From the NCBI RefSeq assembly GCF_018350175.1, contig NC_058383.1, forward strand, positions 18,912,001 to 18,976,000: DNA of 64,000 nt, in the 5' to 3' direction. Position numbers and translations under genes: made by a program. The number at the start of each line of letters is the position of its first letter. Within the stretch, counting starts at the first letter, position 1. The notes below the pieces were generated by a model that did not search any database, was not told the origin of the DNA, and saw only the letters and a list, made by a program, of their open reading frames with translations. Origin of the DNA: Felis catus. Lineage: Eukaryota. Positions 37,296 through 49,255 of this stretch are shown piece after piece.

Positions 37296-37478
37296 GTAAG
37301 TGGGGTCCGAGCCCCTTCCCGCCCCGGTGCCCGGCCCGAGGGGTGGGAGCGGGCCCCGGGACTGCTGAGCCATCGCTTCTCCTCGGGGCGGGGAGAGGCG
37401 CGTGCCGAGCCCAGCAGTGACACATGCGTGCAGGCTTTGCAGCCCCGGCTCGGCGCTCCCATCCCCCCCCCGGCCCCT

Positions 37479-37504
37479 CCCCCCCCCCCCCCCCCCCCCC
37501 CCCC
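37479..37504. repeat. Poly-C homopolymer (about 26 nt)
   Basis: Direct reading. Confidence 0.9.
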
Positions 37505-37609
37505 GGGATGTCTCAGGACTGGGAGGGACCTGGAAACGCAGCCGGCACTCCCCTTGCATCTGGCGTTTGCCTCTCTCACAATGTGGCATGTTTGACGGGG
37601 GCTCTCTTG

Positions 37610-37790
37610 TATTTATTGAGGGCTTACTATGTGCTGAGCGACTGACCTGTGTTATTTAAGGAGCACACCAGCTCTCTCTTGAAGTGGGGAGACTGAGGCA
37701 CAGAGCAACTAATAACCCAGCTCAAGGTCACTCTTAAGTGACCGTGGCGCGATTTGAACCTAGGCACTTTGACTTCAGAGCTTGTATTAG
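37610..37790 (-). mobile_element. MIR
   Basis: tatttattgagggcttactatgtgc; ggggagactgaggcacagag; cagctcaaggtcac. Confidence 0.8.
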
Positions 37791-38679
37791 GTAGAACACA
37801 CAGAGCTGGACTTGGGGGCTTGCTGTAGGCTTGTAAACGAGGAAACGGGTTGCGATTTGCAGAGGTCACTGATCTGGATAACAGCCAAGTCGGGAACAGG
37901 GGTGCTCTTTTGACACCCAGTCTGCTGTTCTTTCTGCTTCGTGCTCTGGCCTTTTCCCTGGTAGTGCTTGGAAAACTATTCATCCTTCCACATCCAGCTC
38001 AGAAGCCACCTCTTCTGAAGATACTTGCCACGTTTCTCAGACCCGTGGACACTCTCAGTATTCCCTTAGATTTATGTACTCCTGTCTATTTATTAAGCCT
38101 TTTGTCTTTTTTGTTATTGTTTCTGAGCCTTATCTCTCTACGGCAGTAGATTCAGTTCTCTCAAAGATGAAATTGAACCTTTATCTGCCCCAACTCCTGG
38201 CACATAGTAAGCCCTTGGGGGAGCGGTTGACTGCTCAGCCTGTGTCTGTGCGCTTCCAGAGAAGGAAGTGGTCTTCGGGCTGCCCAGTTTACCCCTGTTG
38301 GGGATTTCGTGGAGAAAGGGACACAGTGACATCTGTGATCTAGACGTTCAGGCCAATGGGATTTTTAAAACACTCAAGGAGCCTGTGGGTGTTGTGTTAG
38401 GTTCTGGGCATAGAGGGACAACCTCAGGCATAGGCCTTGTCTTCGTGGGGCTTAGGCCATTAATGGTGAGCAGCACTGTGTAGTAGGTCCTATGTGTAAT
38501 GGAGTGGCAGATCAGTTAAGCTCTCTGAGTCCCAATTTCATCTGTAAAATGTGGAGCTAGGAACGCCCTAATGAATAATCCAAAGGTATGAGATAAGACA
38601 TTTAGTGAGTGATGAAAATAATACTCAGTATTTCTTCCTTCATTTGTTCTTTCAAATTAATTTTCTTGTTTTTCTTTTT

Positions 38680-39590
38680 TAGATTGTAAAATACACAGAA
38701 CATAAAATGTACCACTTTAATGATTAAAAAAAAATTTTTTTTTAAACATTTATTTATTTTGGAGAGAGAGACAGCCCGGCAGAGCAGGGGAGGGGCAGAG
38801 AAAGAGAGGGAGACACAGAATCGGAAGCAGGTTCCAGGCTCCGAGCTGACAGCACGGAGCCTGATGCGAGGCTTGAACCCACAAACTGTGAGATCGTGAC
38901 CTGAGCGAAAGTCGGATGCTCAACTGACTGAGTCACCCAGGTGCTCCCCATTTTAATGATTTGTAAGCGTACAGGTCAGCAGCATTAAGCGCACTTGACC
39001 CTTGAGCAACATGGGGGTCAGCCGAAGTCGGACGCTTAACCGACTGAGCTACCCAGGTGCCCCTATATACTGTATTCTTAACAAGAAAGTAAGCTAGAGA
39101 AAAAGTCAATAAGAAAATCATAAAGAAGAGGAAATACATTCAAAACCACGTTGTTCAAGGGTCACTGTACATTCACATGGTTGTGCTTTCATCCCCAGAA
39201 CTTTTTTCATCTAGCATAACTGAAACTGCATCCATTAGGCAATAACTTCATTCCTTTCTCCCCCATCCCCTGGTGACCACTATTCTATTTTCTCTCTCTG
39301 TGAATTTGACTCTGTATCTCATATAAGTGGAACCATACAGTATTGGGTCTTTTCGTGACTGCTTATTTCACTGAGTATAATGTCCTGGAGGTTCAGCCAT
39401 GTTGTGGCATGTGTCAGAAATTCCTTCATTTTAACACTGAGTAATATTCTTTTGTGGGTGTAAACTCACATAAAACTCCTATAAGCTCATATTTTGTGCG
39501 TCCAGTCATCTGTTGATGGACACCTGGGTTAACTTGCACCTTTTGACTTGTGAGTAATGCTGCCGTGCATAGGGGTGTCCAAATCTTTCA
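38680..39590 (-). mobile_element. L1MB-like 3' fragment containing a SINEC (38734-38949) and a Tigger2-type element
   Basis: cccctggtgaccactattcta..tctctgtgaatttgactct..tcatataagtggaaccatacagtat; gttcagccatgttgtggcatgtgtcagaa. Confidence 0.8.
38992..39167. mobile_element. Tigger2/MER28-like Tc1-mariner non-autonomous element with a SINE head fragment inside
   Basis: Inverted termini ttgacccttgagcaacatggg / ccacgttgttcaagggtcactg; internal aagtaagctagagaaaa..aagaaaatcataaagaagag. Confidence 0.75.
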
Positions 39591-39967
39591 GTGGATTTTA
39601 AGTCCCCGCTATACGGCAGGCTCTAGGGAATGCCAGATGAAAAAGCAGATAAGCTCCTCCCCTCGGGGAGTTTGCAAAGAATGTTGCTTTAGGACCCCGG
39701 GCAGAATTTTATTGGTTATTGACTAAGCTAGCCCAGCACCCTTGCATTCAGATTTCATTAATAGGCAGGCAGAGCATCCTGAAAATGGCCACCTGGGAGC
39801 AATTATTGTAAAGTAGTTGACTTCATGTTTACCTTGTATGTCTTTTTCTGGGGGGGTAAGTTTCAAGTGAAGGTTTTTGTAACCTAGACCTCACATACTT
39901 AAGCACCCAGGGGGTGGCCACAGTGGATGTGATGAGAAAAGGATCTTTTTTTTAAATTAAAAAAAAA

Positions 39968-40199
39968 ATTTTTTTTTAAACGACTTTATTTTGAGAGAGA
40001 GTGTGCAAGTGGGGAGGGGCAGAGGGAGGGAGGGGAGGGAGAGGGAGTGAGAGAGAGAGAGAAAGAGAGAGAAAATCCCAAGCAGGCTCTGTGCCTTCAC
40101 AGAGCCCAACTTGGGGCTTGAACTCATGAACCACGAGATCATGACCTGAGCCAAAATCAAGAGTCAGAGGCTTAACCAATTGAGCCACCCAGGTGCCCC
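39968..40199 (-). mobile_element. SINEC
   Basis: Direct reading. Confidence 0.9.
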
Positions 40200-40733
40200 G
40201 AGACTAGGACCTTCTAATCACAACATTTTTTTCAGTTCTGACACCAGGGGTTCATATCCTGTAGGCATCCCAGGGTCGGGTGTGGACGGGGCAGGCCTTG
40301 TCCTCAGAATGCAAGGAAGTTGTTGCCAGGTGTGTATTTTACAGGAGGAGGAGCTTTTCCCTGGGATCACAGCTCTTTCTTTATTCCGGGAACTTTTTCC
40401 TCACTCTTAACATTTTTACTTTTAACTAAGGGCATTAGTTGACACGTTTGAGCCTTTTTAATGTCTTCTTTGTAAAACTTCAATTCTGATGAGATGAAAA
40501 TGGTGTAATAAGAGAAAACCACCATTTGTTGTGTGTCTGCTATAAGCTAGCTGTTTCTCATTTGTTCATTTTTCTTGTGGTCATTCAGTATCTGTATCTG
40601 GTCTGGTTTACTGGACCAGCCCTGCGAGGTCACATTGTTACGAGGGGGGGAAATGACACCTGATGGAGGTACCTGGGTGGAGCTGGCGTTTGGACCAAGG
40701 CGCTCTACTCCAGAGCCTGTGCTTTTGGTAGTT

Positions 40734-41190
40734 CAGATCTTTCTCGATTTCCAGTGGGGTTGTGTCCTGATAAACTCAACGTAAGTCGAATATATTGTAA
40801 GTCAAAATGCATTTACTATCGAACATCATAGCTTAGCCTAGCCTACCTTAAACATGTTCAGAATACCTAAGTTAGCCTACAGTTGCACAAAATCACCTAA
40901 CACAAAGCCTGTCTTACAACAGAGTGTTGAATATCTCATGTCATTTACTGAATATCGTACTGAAAAGAATAGAATGGTTGTGGGTGTAGCAGTTGTTGAC
41001 CCTGCTGATCGTGTGGCTGACTGGGAGCAGCGGCTGACTGCCACCGCCCAGCATTAGGAGAGAATTTCGTACTGCGTGTCACTAGCCTGGGAAAAGATCC
41101 AAAGTCAGAATTTGAAGTATGGTTTCTACTGACTGCGCATCGCTTTTGCGTCCTCCTGAAGTCGGACCATTGTAAGTCGGGGACCGTCTG
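40734..41190. mobile_element. MER47/Tigger5-like Tc1-mariner element
   Basis: cagat..ctcgatt..ggggtt..cctgataaac..gtaagtc start; catcatagcttagcctagcctaccttaaa; end cattgtaagtcggggaccgtctg. Confidence 0.8.
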
Positions 41191-42059
41191 CGCCTTGTGC
41201 TGCTCCACGTGGAAGATCATGGAACAGGATGGGGGATGTCATCCGACTACATTTTGTTGGGTTCTGAGGTAGATAGTGATGGGGGCCGGGAAGTATGGAT
41301 ATTTCCTTTAAACCCTCCCTCTAGGAGGTATCTTGACCTGCAAATTTAGAGCCAGTTAAAAAACAAGATTCGTAGTTGCAGTACAGAATCACTAGAACAG
41401 CAATACTGTAACTACATTTGATTAATTCATTGGCGTGTTGTTGTTGAATTTCGGCGAGTTCTGAAGTGATGTAATATCTTGAGGTTCCCACTCCTCTGAA
41501 AAGTGGTTACTTCATATTGAATGAGCTGTTGGTTATTGTGGAAGTTTTGTGCAAAATCAAGTTCTTGCTTGAGTTAGTGTTTTTCTAGTTGCTTAGAAAA
41601 GTGCTTTGGTTACAAAGACTTCTTATGTTTTTGAATGTTGCCTTCTGTGAGTGGTCCCGAAAATGGAGGCAAAATCACACCTTCCGTTTGGCCACTCAAA
41701 TGGTGTGTCATCCCCTTGTTCGTTAATGGTGTCACGTGGCGCACCGAGCCCTGGGAGGTATGAAGAGCCATGACGGTGCGGAGAGATGCCAGGGAAAGGT
41801 TCAGAAGTACTCAGGCTCTGTCGTCCGCAACGCAGCTGGAGCTGGGCTGGGAAGCAGGTTAACTAGCCGAGAAATGACATTGCTCAAATGATGGAATTAC
41901 TTTACTGGGAAAAACACAAACTCTGTAATGCATAGAGAAGTAATTCTCTACGGTGAGCGAGAGCTTTTTAGTGCCTCAGTTCATTCATAAAATAATTTAT
42001 TAATTTCCTATGTCAAGCGTACAATCCTAGGTACTGTGGATGTAAGAATATAATAGTTA

Positions 42060-42290
42060 ATACTTATAGGGCTTAGCATACACCACATATTTTACATATG
42101 TTCACTCATTTACTTCTCTAAGCAGTGCCAGGAGGTAGAGGCTATTTTTATTTCTCATTTTATGGATTAGAACATTCAAAGCCCTGAGAGGTTAGGCACC
42201 TTCTCAGGGTCACATTGTGACTGGTGGAACCGGGATTCAAAGCCAGGCAGTCTGGCTCCAGAGTCAGAGCGGAGTCAGAGCTCATAACTG
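42060..42290 (-). mobile_element. MIR
   Basis: ggaggtagaggctattttt..ctcattttatggat..gagaggttagg..gggattcaaagccaggcagtctggctccagag. Confidence 0.8.
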
Positions 42291-42930
42291 TTACACTTTG
42301 ACCCCAAGAGGGTTAGTATTGCCCTGTCCTCTAGGAGCCAGTTTAATGAGGCAGATGGGACTGTCTCCTGGTGATTACAAGAGACTGTGATAAGGGTGAT
42401 AGTGGAAGAATGCATTGGTGCAAAAAGGCAGCATATCTGAGGGAGACTCACTGAGGAGAGGGGCCAGGGAGGGTTTCCCAGGAAGCGTATTGGAATCTTG
42501 AAGGGTTAGGAAAAGTTGTCTGCAGATAGTTACAAAGATCAGATAGCTATCCCTAAGGATAACCAAAAACAGGTGTCAAGGGAAAGTGAAGGAAGGAATT
42601 AAGGTAACATTTGTTGAGTGCCTACGACTTTGTAGGGCTTTAGGTACTTGTAGGACACAAACGTGTTATTTCTTCTCATTGTAAATACCTTTACCTCTGC
42701 TGCCCAGGCCAGCTTCTGCCCCGTTTCTCTGTTTCCCTTTGCAATAGAACTCTGGGGAAGAGTGCTCTCTAATTCCTCACCTTCCATTCTGTCTGCCTCG
42801 CACATCAAGGTGCATCAAGGTTCCTCTGTCTACTGGTGCTACAGCTGAGATGATTAGTTCCCAGGCCCTCTCCAGGGCTCCCACGCCTTCACATCCTGCT
42901 TGCTTGCTTTTTGTGGCATTTACCTTAAAA

Positions 42931-42979
42931 TTTTTTTTAATTTTTTTTTTTTTGAGAGAGAGTATGCATGCAGGGGAGG

Positions 42980-43031
<52 letters not shown>

Positions 43032-43230
43032 ATATCCCAAGCAGGCTTTGCTCCATCTCATGAACTGTGAAATCATGACTTGAGCCAAAATCAAGTCAGA
43101 CACCCAACCGACTGAGCCACCCAGGCACCCCCCCCCTCCCCTTTGAAGTGAGCTTTATGCTCAACGTGGGGCTTGAACTCATGACGCTGAGATCAAGAGT
43201 CGAGTGCTCTAGGGACTGAACCAGCAAGGC
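42931..43230 (-). mobile_element. SINEC (42931-43133) plus an adjacent short SINE
   Basis: Direct reading. Confidence 0.88.
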
Positions 43231-43469
43231 CCTGTGTAACATTGACCATTTTAAAACATTTTATATACTTGATGTTATTTATGAGGTCTATTTCTTGTTA
43301 TCTCCTTCTGCTAAAATGTTAACTCTATAGAGCTGGGGATCTTCACTTTGTTCACTGATGAATGGCAAGAATCTGGAACAATTTCTGGCAGAGTAGACAG
43401 TTACATTGTAGGAGTGCTGTGGATGTGTTGCATGTTCAAAGGGCCTTTAGAGAACTGGAGTAAGCTAGG

Positions 43470-45170
43470 TTCCCTGTGCCCAATAGAACTTGCCGAGAGA
43501 GGATATTTCAGAAGAGAAGGGTGTAACTAATGTTCAAACCATTGAATAGACTGTTTTGGCCATGGCGGTTTGTGTTAGGTAATAGTTGGAGAGAAAGCCA
43601 TAAAGGTGGTTTATGACCAGGTTATGGAGGGCCTTCCGTAGGGAGTTTGGCTTTGTTGGCTGGTTTTTCCTTAAAGGAAAAAACCATCTGCTGTGTACAC
43701 GTTAGATTGGTGTGGGAAACCAGACATGACACCTTGCCTGTATGGCTGTGCCAAAGGTCGGTTTTTAGGTGTGGAATTAGAGTGAGGAAGACTTGAGCGA
43801 GAGAGTTGTCATTTTTTAAAAAGTGGATTCCAGAGTTAAGGGATAAAGAAAAGGGAAAAAACTCAAGTTGACTTTGGGAAACTGGTGTTTGGGAATAGTG
43901 GAGGTTTTAATTAATTGGTGATTTGGATTTGGTGGAATGGAGGAGGTGACAGGTAAAGAAACGGACAGGAAGATGACAGGAGAGAGGCCCCATGCAGATA
44001 AAATAAGGGGTTTGCTCTGGAAGGAGGTGGGCATTTGCCACGTTGAGATGCAGGTGATTGGCATCGGGCAGGACAAAGGTCTTGACGATTGACGAAGCGG
44101 AATCGTTGACATACGTGTCCAACTCAAGGAAGATGTGACAGCATGGGCTTGGGTGAAAAGGGAGGGGGCTCCTGAGCTCGTGGCTGCTGTCCTCCCGCAT
44201 GTTTTGCGACCCGTCGCAGACTGACTGTGTGTCTTCACCACTTTTCGAGATCACCTGTAACTTGCGGGTGCTGACACCAGTATAAGCGGCCTCTTTTCAG
44301 TCCTTGTGCCTTTCTGACTTGCCTTTGGCAACCCCTGGACTTCTTTTTCGTTTCTGAAACACTTGTTTTCCCTTGCCCCCCATGATATTACTGTCCTGGT
44401 TTAGTCTTCCTTGGTCTTCTCATGGCTTCAGCTAGGACCTGTGTGCCAGTGAGGACTCAGCCTCACTCTCTAGCCGTTGGTCTCCACCTGAGTGTCCTGT
44501 AGGCACTCTAAGCCTGTCTAAGCCAAGTCCACCGTCTTTATCTCAGGTTAGTGCCTCCTCCCACCTGCCCTGGTTCTGTTCATGACCTTATTTGCTGTAC
44601 ACTTAAGTGGGAAACCTGAGTCATCTTTAACTTCCTCTTTACCTTATGCCTCTAGACTTGGGGATGCTCTGCTGACCTGTGTTCTGACCCCCGCCCTTCC
44701 CTCCATTCCTTCCACTTCGGTCAGGGTTGTCTCTTGCTTTCAGTCTTGGTGTCTTGACAGCTTCCAGGTTCTCCCTCTGCCAGTCCGTCTTTTGTATTCC
44801 TGCCAGAGCCACCTCTTGGAGCTCAGATGGAAGCGTGCCATTCGACCCCAAATCATTCAGAGCAGAGACCCAAGCTTTCCACAGAGCGGCGGGAAGCACT
44901 TGGGCCCTGGATTTTCACAATTTCACTTTTAGTCCTCTCAGTACAGATGAAGATGATGTATTAAATGCTTACAGTGATGTATTTGGAATATCTTTTAAAG
45001 ACTTGCCAAATTATACATGTTCCCTAGCCACAGCAAACCACCTGTTATTCCCAGAACAGTGAGTACTCTTCATACTTCTGTCTTTGCTCAGTGCTGTTCC
45101 CTCTGCTCTAATGTCCTTTTCTTCATTTTTGCAGGTGACACCTTCCCCACCATTTCAAGGTCACCATAAA
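43470..45170. mobile_element. L2 remnants (antisense about 43470-44260, sense about 44280-45170)
   Basis: gggagtttggcttt, ttgagatgc; ctccacctgagtgtcctgtaggcactc, gaaacctgagtcatcttt, tctgtctttgctcagtgctgttccctctgc. Confidence 0.55.
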
Positions 45171-45646
45171 CACCTTTCTAAGGCTTTTCAGCTAGTAGTT
45201 TAGCATTTATCATCTTTGAATACAGTTATGTTTTTTTTTGACTTTTATTATTTTGATATATTGTTTTTTATTATATAGGAATTACAGGACTACATGCTTC
45301 TAGTGTCAATTCAGAAGCGTGAGGAGCACAGTGTGAGATCTTCAACTCGTTTTCTTTTAGTCCCACTCCAAGTCTGCGGGGGGGGGGGGGGGGGGAGGAT
45401 TAGATCTTTGTCTTTAAGAGTCTGTGTCAGGGTGAGTCTTAGGCCTCTTTGCTTTTCCAGCCTCTTTGCTTTTCCAGCCTCTTTGCATTTCCAGCATCTG
45501 TAAGCATTCTGTAGATACTGAGGCAGTCAAGAGAGTCAGGTGTTAAAAGAAAAATTCAAGAAGGTCAAGGAGGCCCTAGACTGTAGTAAATGACAGTGGC
45601 AGTTTTTGGAGAGTGTGGTAAGATTGTAATAGAGTATGAATGTAGT

Positions 45647-45722
45647 AGGCGCCCTGTTTTTCCAAAACCTACACGCTCGCAAACAGGCGCCCTGTTTTTC
45701 CAAAGCCAGCACACTCGCATGA
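45647..45722. repeat. 38-bp imperfect tandem duplication
   Basis: aggcgccctgtttttccaaa...ctcgca at 45647 and 45685. Confidence 0.9.
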
Positions 45723-46866
45723 CAGCATTTTCCCCCTAGACGCGTAGAGGTGGGGAACAGCAAGCCGGGGAAGTTGTTAGAAATGCTGTGTAGATGGTGT
45801 GCTTAGGGGGAGGCTCCAGCCACCAATTGGTGCTGGAAGAACTGTTGGGGCGCAGTGGGGATGGGGTGTGGTGAGGGAGGGGTTGTGGATACTGAGGAAA
45901 CTCACGGCGCAGAGGGAAGTGAGGGAGGTGGCAGGAGGCTGATGGGAAAGGAAGGAAGCTGGGGGTCAGAGGGAGCAGAAGGTCTGTGTGTGTTTCATAA
46001 TTACACTCAGCAGCAGCCATTGTCGATGGGCCCTCACGTACACTGCATACGGTACCTCCTTTAATTTAATGACAGCGCTGCAAGGTGGGTCTACTCTGTT
46101 CTCATCGCACAGTTGGGAAGATGAGGACACTGAGGGTCAGGGAGGATAATGTAAGTACCTCGTCCAGAATTGCACAGCAGGTTGATAGAAATGCGATTCA
46201 CACCCAAGGTTCTAACTCCACAGCCCCGTGTTTTTTTTTTTTTTTTTTTTTTGACATCACTAGGTTGTTTCTTCTTCCCCCTCCCCTCCCCCTCCCCCTC
46301 CCCCTCCCCTTCCCCCCTCCTCCTTCTTCACTAGGTTTCTTAAGCCAGTGCACATCTACAGAGACGTATTTACTTGAAATGTAGTCCAGCTGGGTGTATT
46401 GTCCCAGGAAAAACAGTGCATCTAGTCATCTAACCTTAAAACTTGTAAAGTAATAGGGCAAGATGGTCAAAACTTTGCTCATAACTGAGGGGAAACTAGG
46501 TATCTGCATGTCCTCTACTGTGATAGACTAGAGAAAGCATGACTCTTGAGGGCACAGTGGTAGCTGGATCCCATCACAGCACATCAGCAGAAAGGACAGT
46601 GGCTTGCTTTCTTTATGCAGGTCAGTTGACCTAAGTCCGTTAGGTTTAGCGTATGTGGGAGCTCATTTACATTAGAGTAGCCTGCTGCTGTTTTACATAA
46701 GGGTTATCATGAAAAAGATCTCTGGTCTCAGACTCCCTGAAAAGGTAAAGGTATTTTATTAGCTAAATGCAGCTGGGGAAACAAAAAATCACTGGTTTCT
46801 AAATTGGTTAGTAATTAAGTAGACCTGGGAAGATCGTTCCATCTCTCTATTTAAAAAGAGTGACCA

Positions 46867-47542
46867 GGGGCGCCTGGTTGGCTTGGTCGGTTAAGCGTCC
46901 GACTTCGGCTCAGGTCATGATCTCACGGTCCGTGAGTTCGAGCCCCGTGTCGGGCTCTGTGCTGACCGCTCAGAGCCTGGAGCCTGTTTCAGATTCTGTG
47001 TCTCCCTCTCTCTCTGACCCTCCCCTGTTCATGCTCTGTCTCTCTCTGTCTCAAAAATAAATAAACGTTAAAAAAAAAAATTAAAAAAAAAAAGTAACAA
47101 CTGGATAGTTTTTTATAAGAATGACATGTGCTTTTTAAAAATCAGGCGTTACAGGTGCAAAGAATATGGCAAAAGAAATCACCCCTAATCTTACTACCCT
47201 AAAGTATAATTAGCATCATATAAATATCTGTGTGTCTTTGTAGATGTGTGTTATCTGGATAGGCGATATGGAATCCTAAAGTTCTTTCATTTCAAAAGTG
47301 ATCATGCTGATTTGGGGGATCGTTTTTTTTTTTTAATTTTTAACGTTTATTTTTGAGAGAGAGAAGAGACAGAACGTGAGCAGGGGAGGGGCAGAGAGAG
47401 GGGGAGACACAGAATCCGAAGCAGGCTCCAGGCTCTGAGCTGTCAGCACAGAGCCCGATGTGGGGCTCGAACTCATGAACTGCGAGATCACGACCTGAGC
47501 TGAAGTCGGATGCTTAACCGACTGAGCCACACAGGCACCCCC
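46867..47542. mobile_element. Inverted SINEC pair: 46867-47093(+) and 47323-47542(-)
   Basis: Direct reading. Confidence 0.92.
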
Positions 47543-48211
47543 GAGGAATCATGTTAGTTTTAAAATAAAAGAAAAATCAATTAACTGTTGCATTTTTTTT
47601 TTTAAAGCTTTACTTTCTGGAGTAATTAAATACAGAAAGTTGCAAAAGGAGGACCACAGGTTCCCAGTGGTGACATCTTCCATAGCTGTGTGCAATAGCA
47701 AAACCAGGAAGTTGACGTTGGTGCCTGTCAGTTACCGACTGGACTGGAGACCTTACTTAGTTTTCACCTGTTTTTAACCTGCACTCACTTGTGTGTATGG
47801 TTCCGTGCAGCTTGGTCCATGTACTGATGGATGTAACTGCACCACAGTCAAGGTCCAGAGCTGCCCCAGCACCACAGAACTCCTCAAGCCTAGTACTCTC
47901 TGCGTCCTGCCCCCACCCCCCAGCATCCACTCATCTCTCTCTCCCTCTAGCTTTGTCAGTTTGAGGACAGTGTAGGAGTGTAATCCGTGTGTGACCTTAA
48001 GAGATTGACTGTTTTCATAAACATGGCGCCCTTGAGAGGTCACTTGCATTTCATAGCACATAAAGAAAGCAATGAAACTGAACAAGGACTTGTCAGATTT
48101 CAAGTAAATCTTTGCTTCAGTAATTATTAGCTTTTGATAAATCTGTGGAGGTTAAGAGAAAAGATTATGAAAGACTTCCACAAGATGGAGTCATTTTTAT
48201 TTTATCTACTA

Positions 48212-49052
48212 ATTTTATTTTATTTTTAAATAAGCTACAGCCCAACGTGGGGCTTGAACTCAACAACCCCAAGATTAAGAGTCCCATGCTTCATTGACTG
48301 AGCCAGCCAGGCACTCCAAGAAGATGGCATCAATTTTTTTTAACGTTTATTTTATTTGTTTAGAAAGAGCGAGAAAGAGTGTGAGCAGGGGAAGGGGCAG
48401 AGAGAGGGAGAGAATCTCAAGTAGACTCTCTGTGCTGTCGGTGCAGAGCCCAGTGAAGGGTTCAATCTCACAAATCGTGAGATCATGACCTGAGTGGAAA
48501 TCAAGAGTCAGATGCTTAATTGAGCCACCCAGGTGCCCCCATTTTTTTAATGTTTATTTTGAGACGGTGTGCACACTCACGCATGAGCAGGGGAGGGGCA
48601 GATAGAGGGTGAGAGAGAATCCATCCCAAGTAGGCTTCATGCTTGGCACAGAGCCAGACATGGGGCTTGATCCCACGACTGAAAGGTCATGACCTGAGCC
48701 AATATCAAAGTTGGACGCTTAACCAACTGAGCCACCTAGGCACCCCAAGATGGCATCATTTTTAATAAATATATTCCATGTTTCAGTTCTAGGCAGTATC
48801 AGTGACCTTAATAATTGGAAAAATAAGAACATTTGCACTTCTTGTATTTTCCCCTTCTCATTGTTGATTGTTGTTTTACGTTACTTTAGAGCATTTATAA
48901 TTTGTTCCGTAACCATAATTTCCTCAGTATTTAGTTTTAGTTTTAGATTTTAAGGATTAATTGTTCTCCACTGGTTCTTTGAACTGTGGTCTTTTCATAC
49001 CTGAAGTCTTTTTTCTTTTTAAGTTTATTTATTTAACAAATAATAGAGAAAG

Positions 49053-49092
<40 letters not shown>

Positions 49093-49255
49093 CCGGTGGG
49101 GGGAGGGGCAGAGAGAGAGGGGACAGAGGATCTGAATGCAGCAGGCTTTGTGCTGAAAGCAGTGAGCCCGATGTGGGGCTCGAACTCATGAACCATTAAG
49201 ATCATGACCTGAGCCAAAGTCAGACACTTAACCAACTGGGTCACCCAGGTGCCCC
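48212..49255 (-). mobile_element. Four antisense SINEs: about 48212-48316, 48333-48540, 48542-48746, 49011-49255
   Basis: Direct reading of heads and tails. Confidence 0.9.

Larger units (their letters stand above)
36250..37560 (+). promoter_or_regulatory. CpG-island housekeeping promoter
   Basis: Very high GC and CpG density; YY1-type AAGATGGC 36473-36480 and AACATGGC 36499-36506; multiple GGGGCGGGG; ATTGG 36628-36632; ETS CACTTCCGG 36690-36698. Confidence 0.93.

Noticed and set aside
36431..37659. Long ORFs over the CpG island (361 aa on the minus strand, 166 aa on the plus strand, and others)
   Set aside because: Low-complexity Pro/Gly/Arg/Ala frames are expected where GC content suppresses stop codons; no recognisable domain
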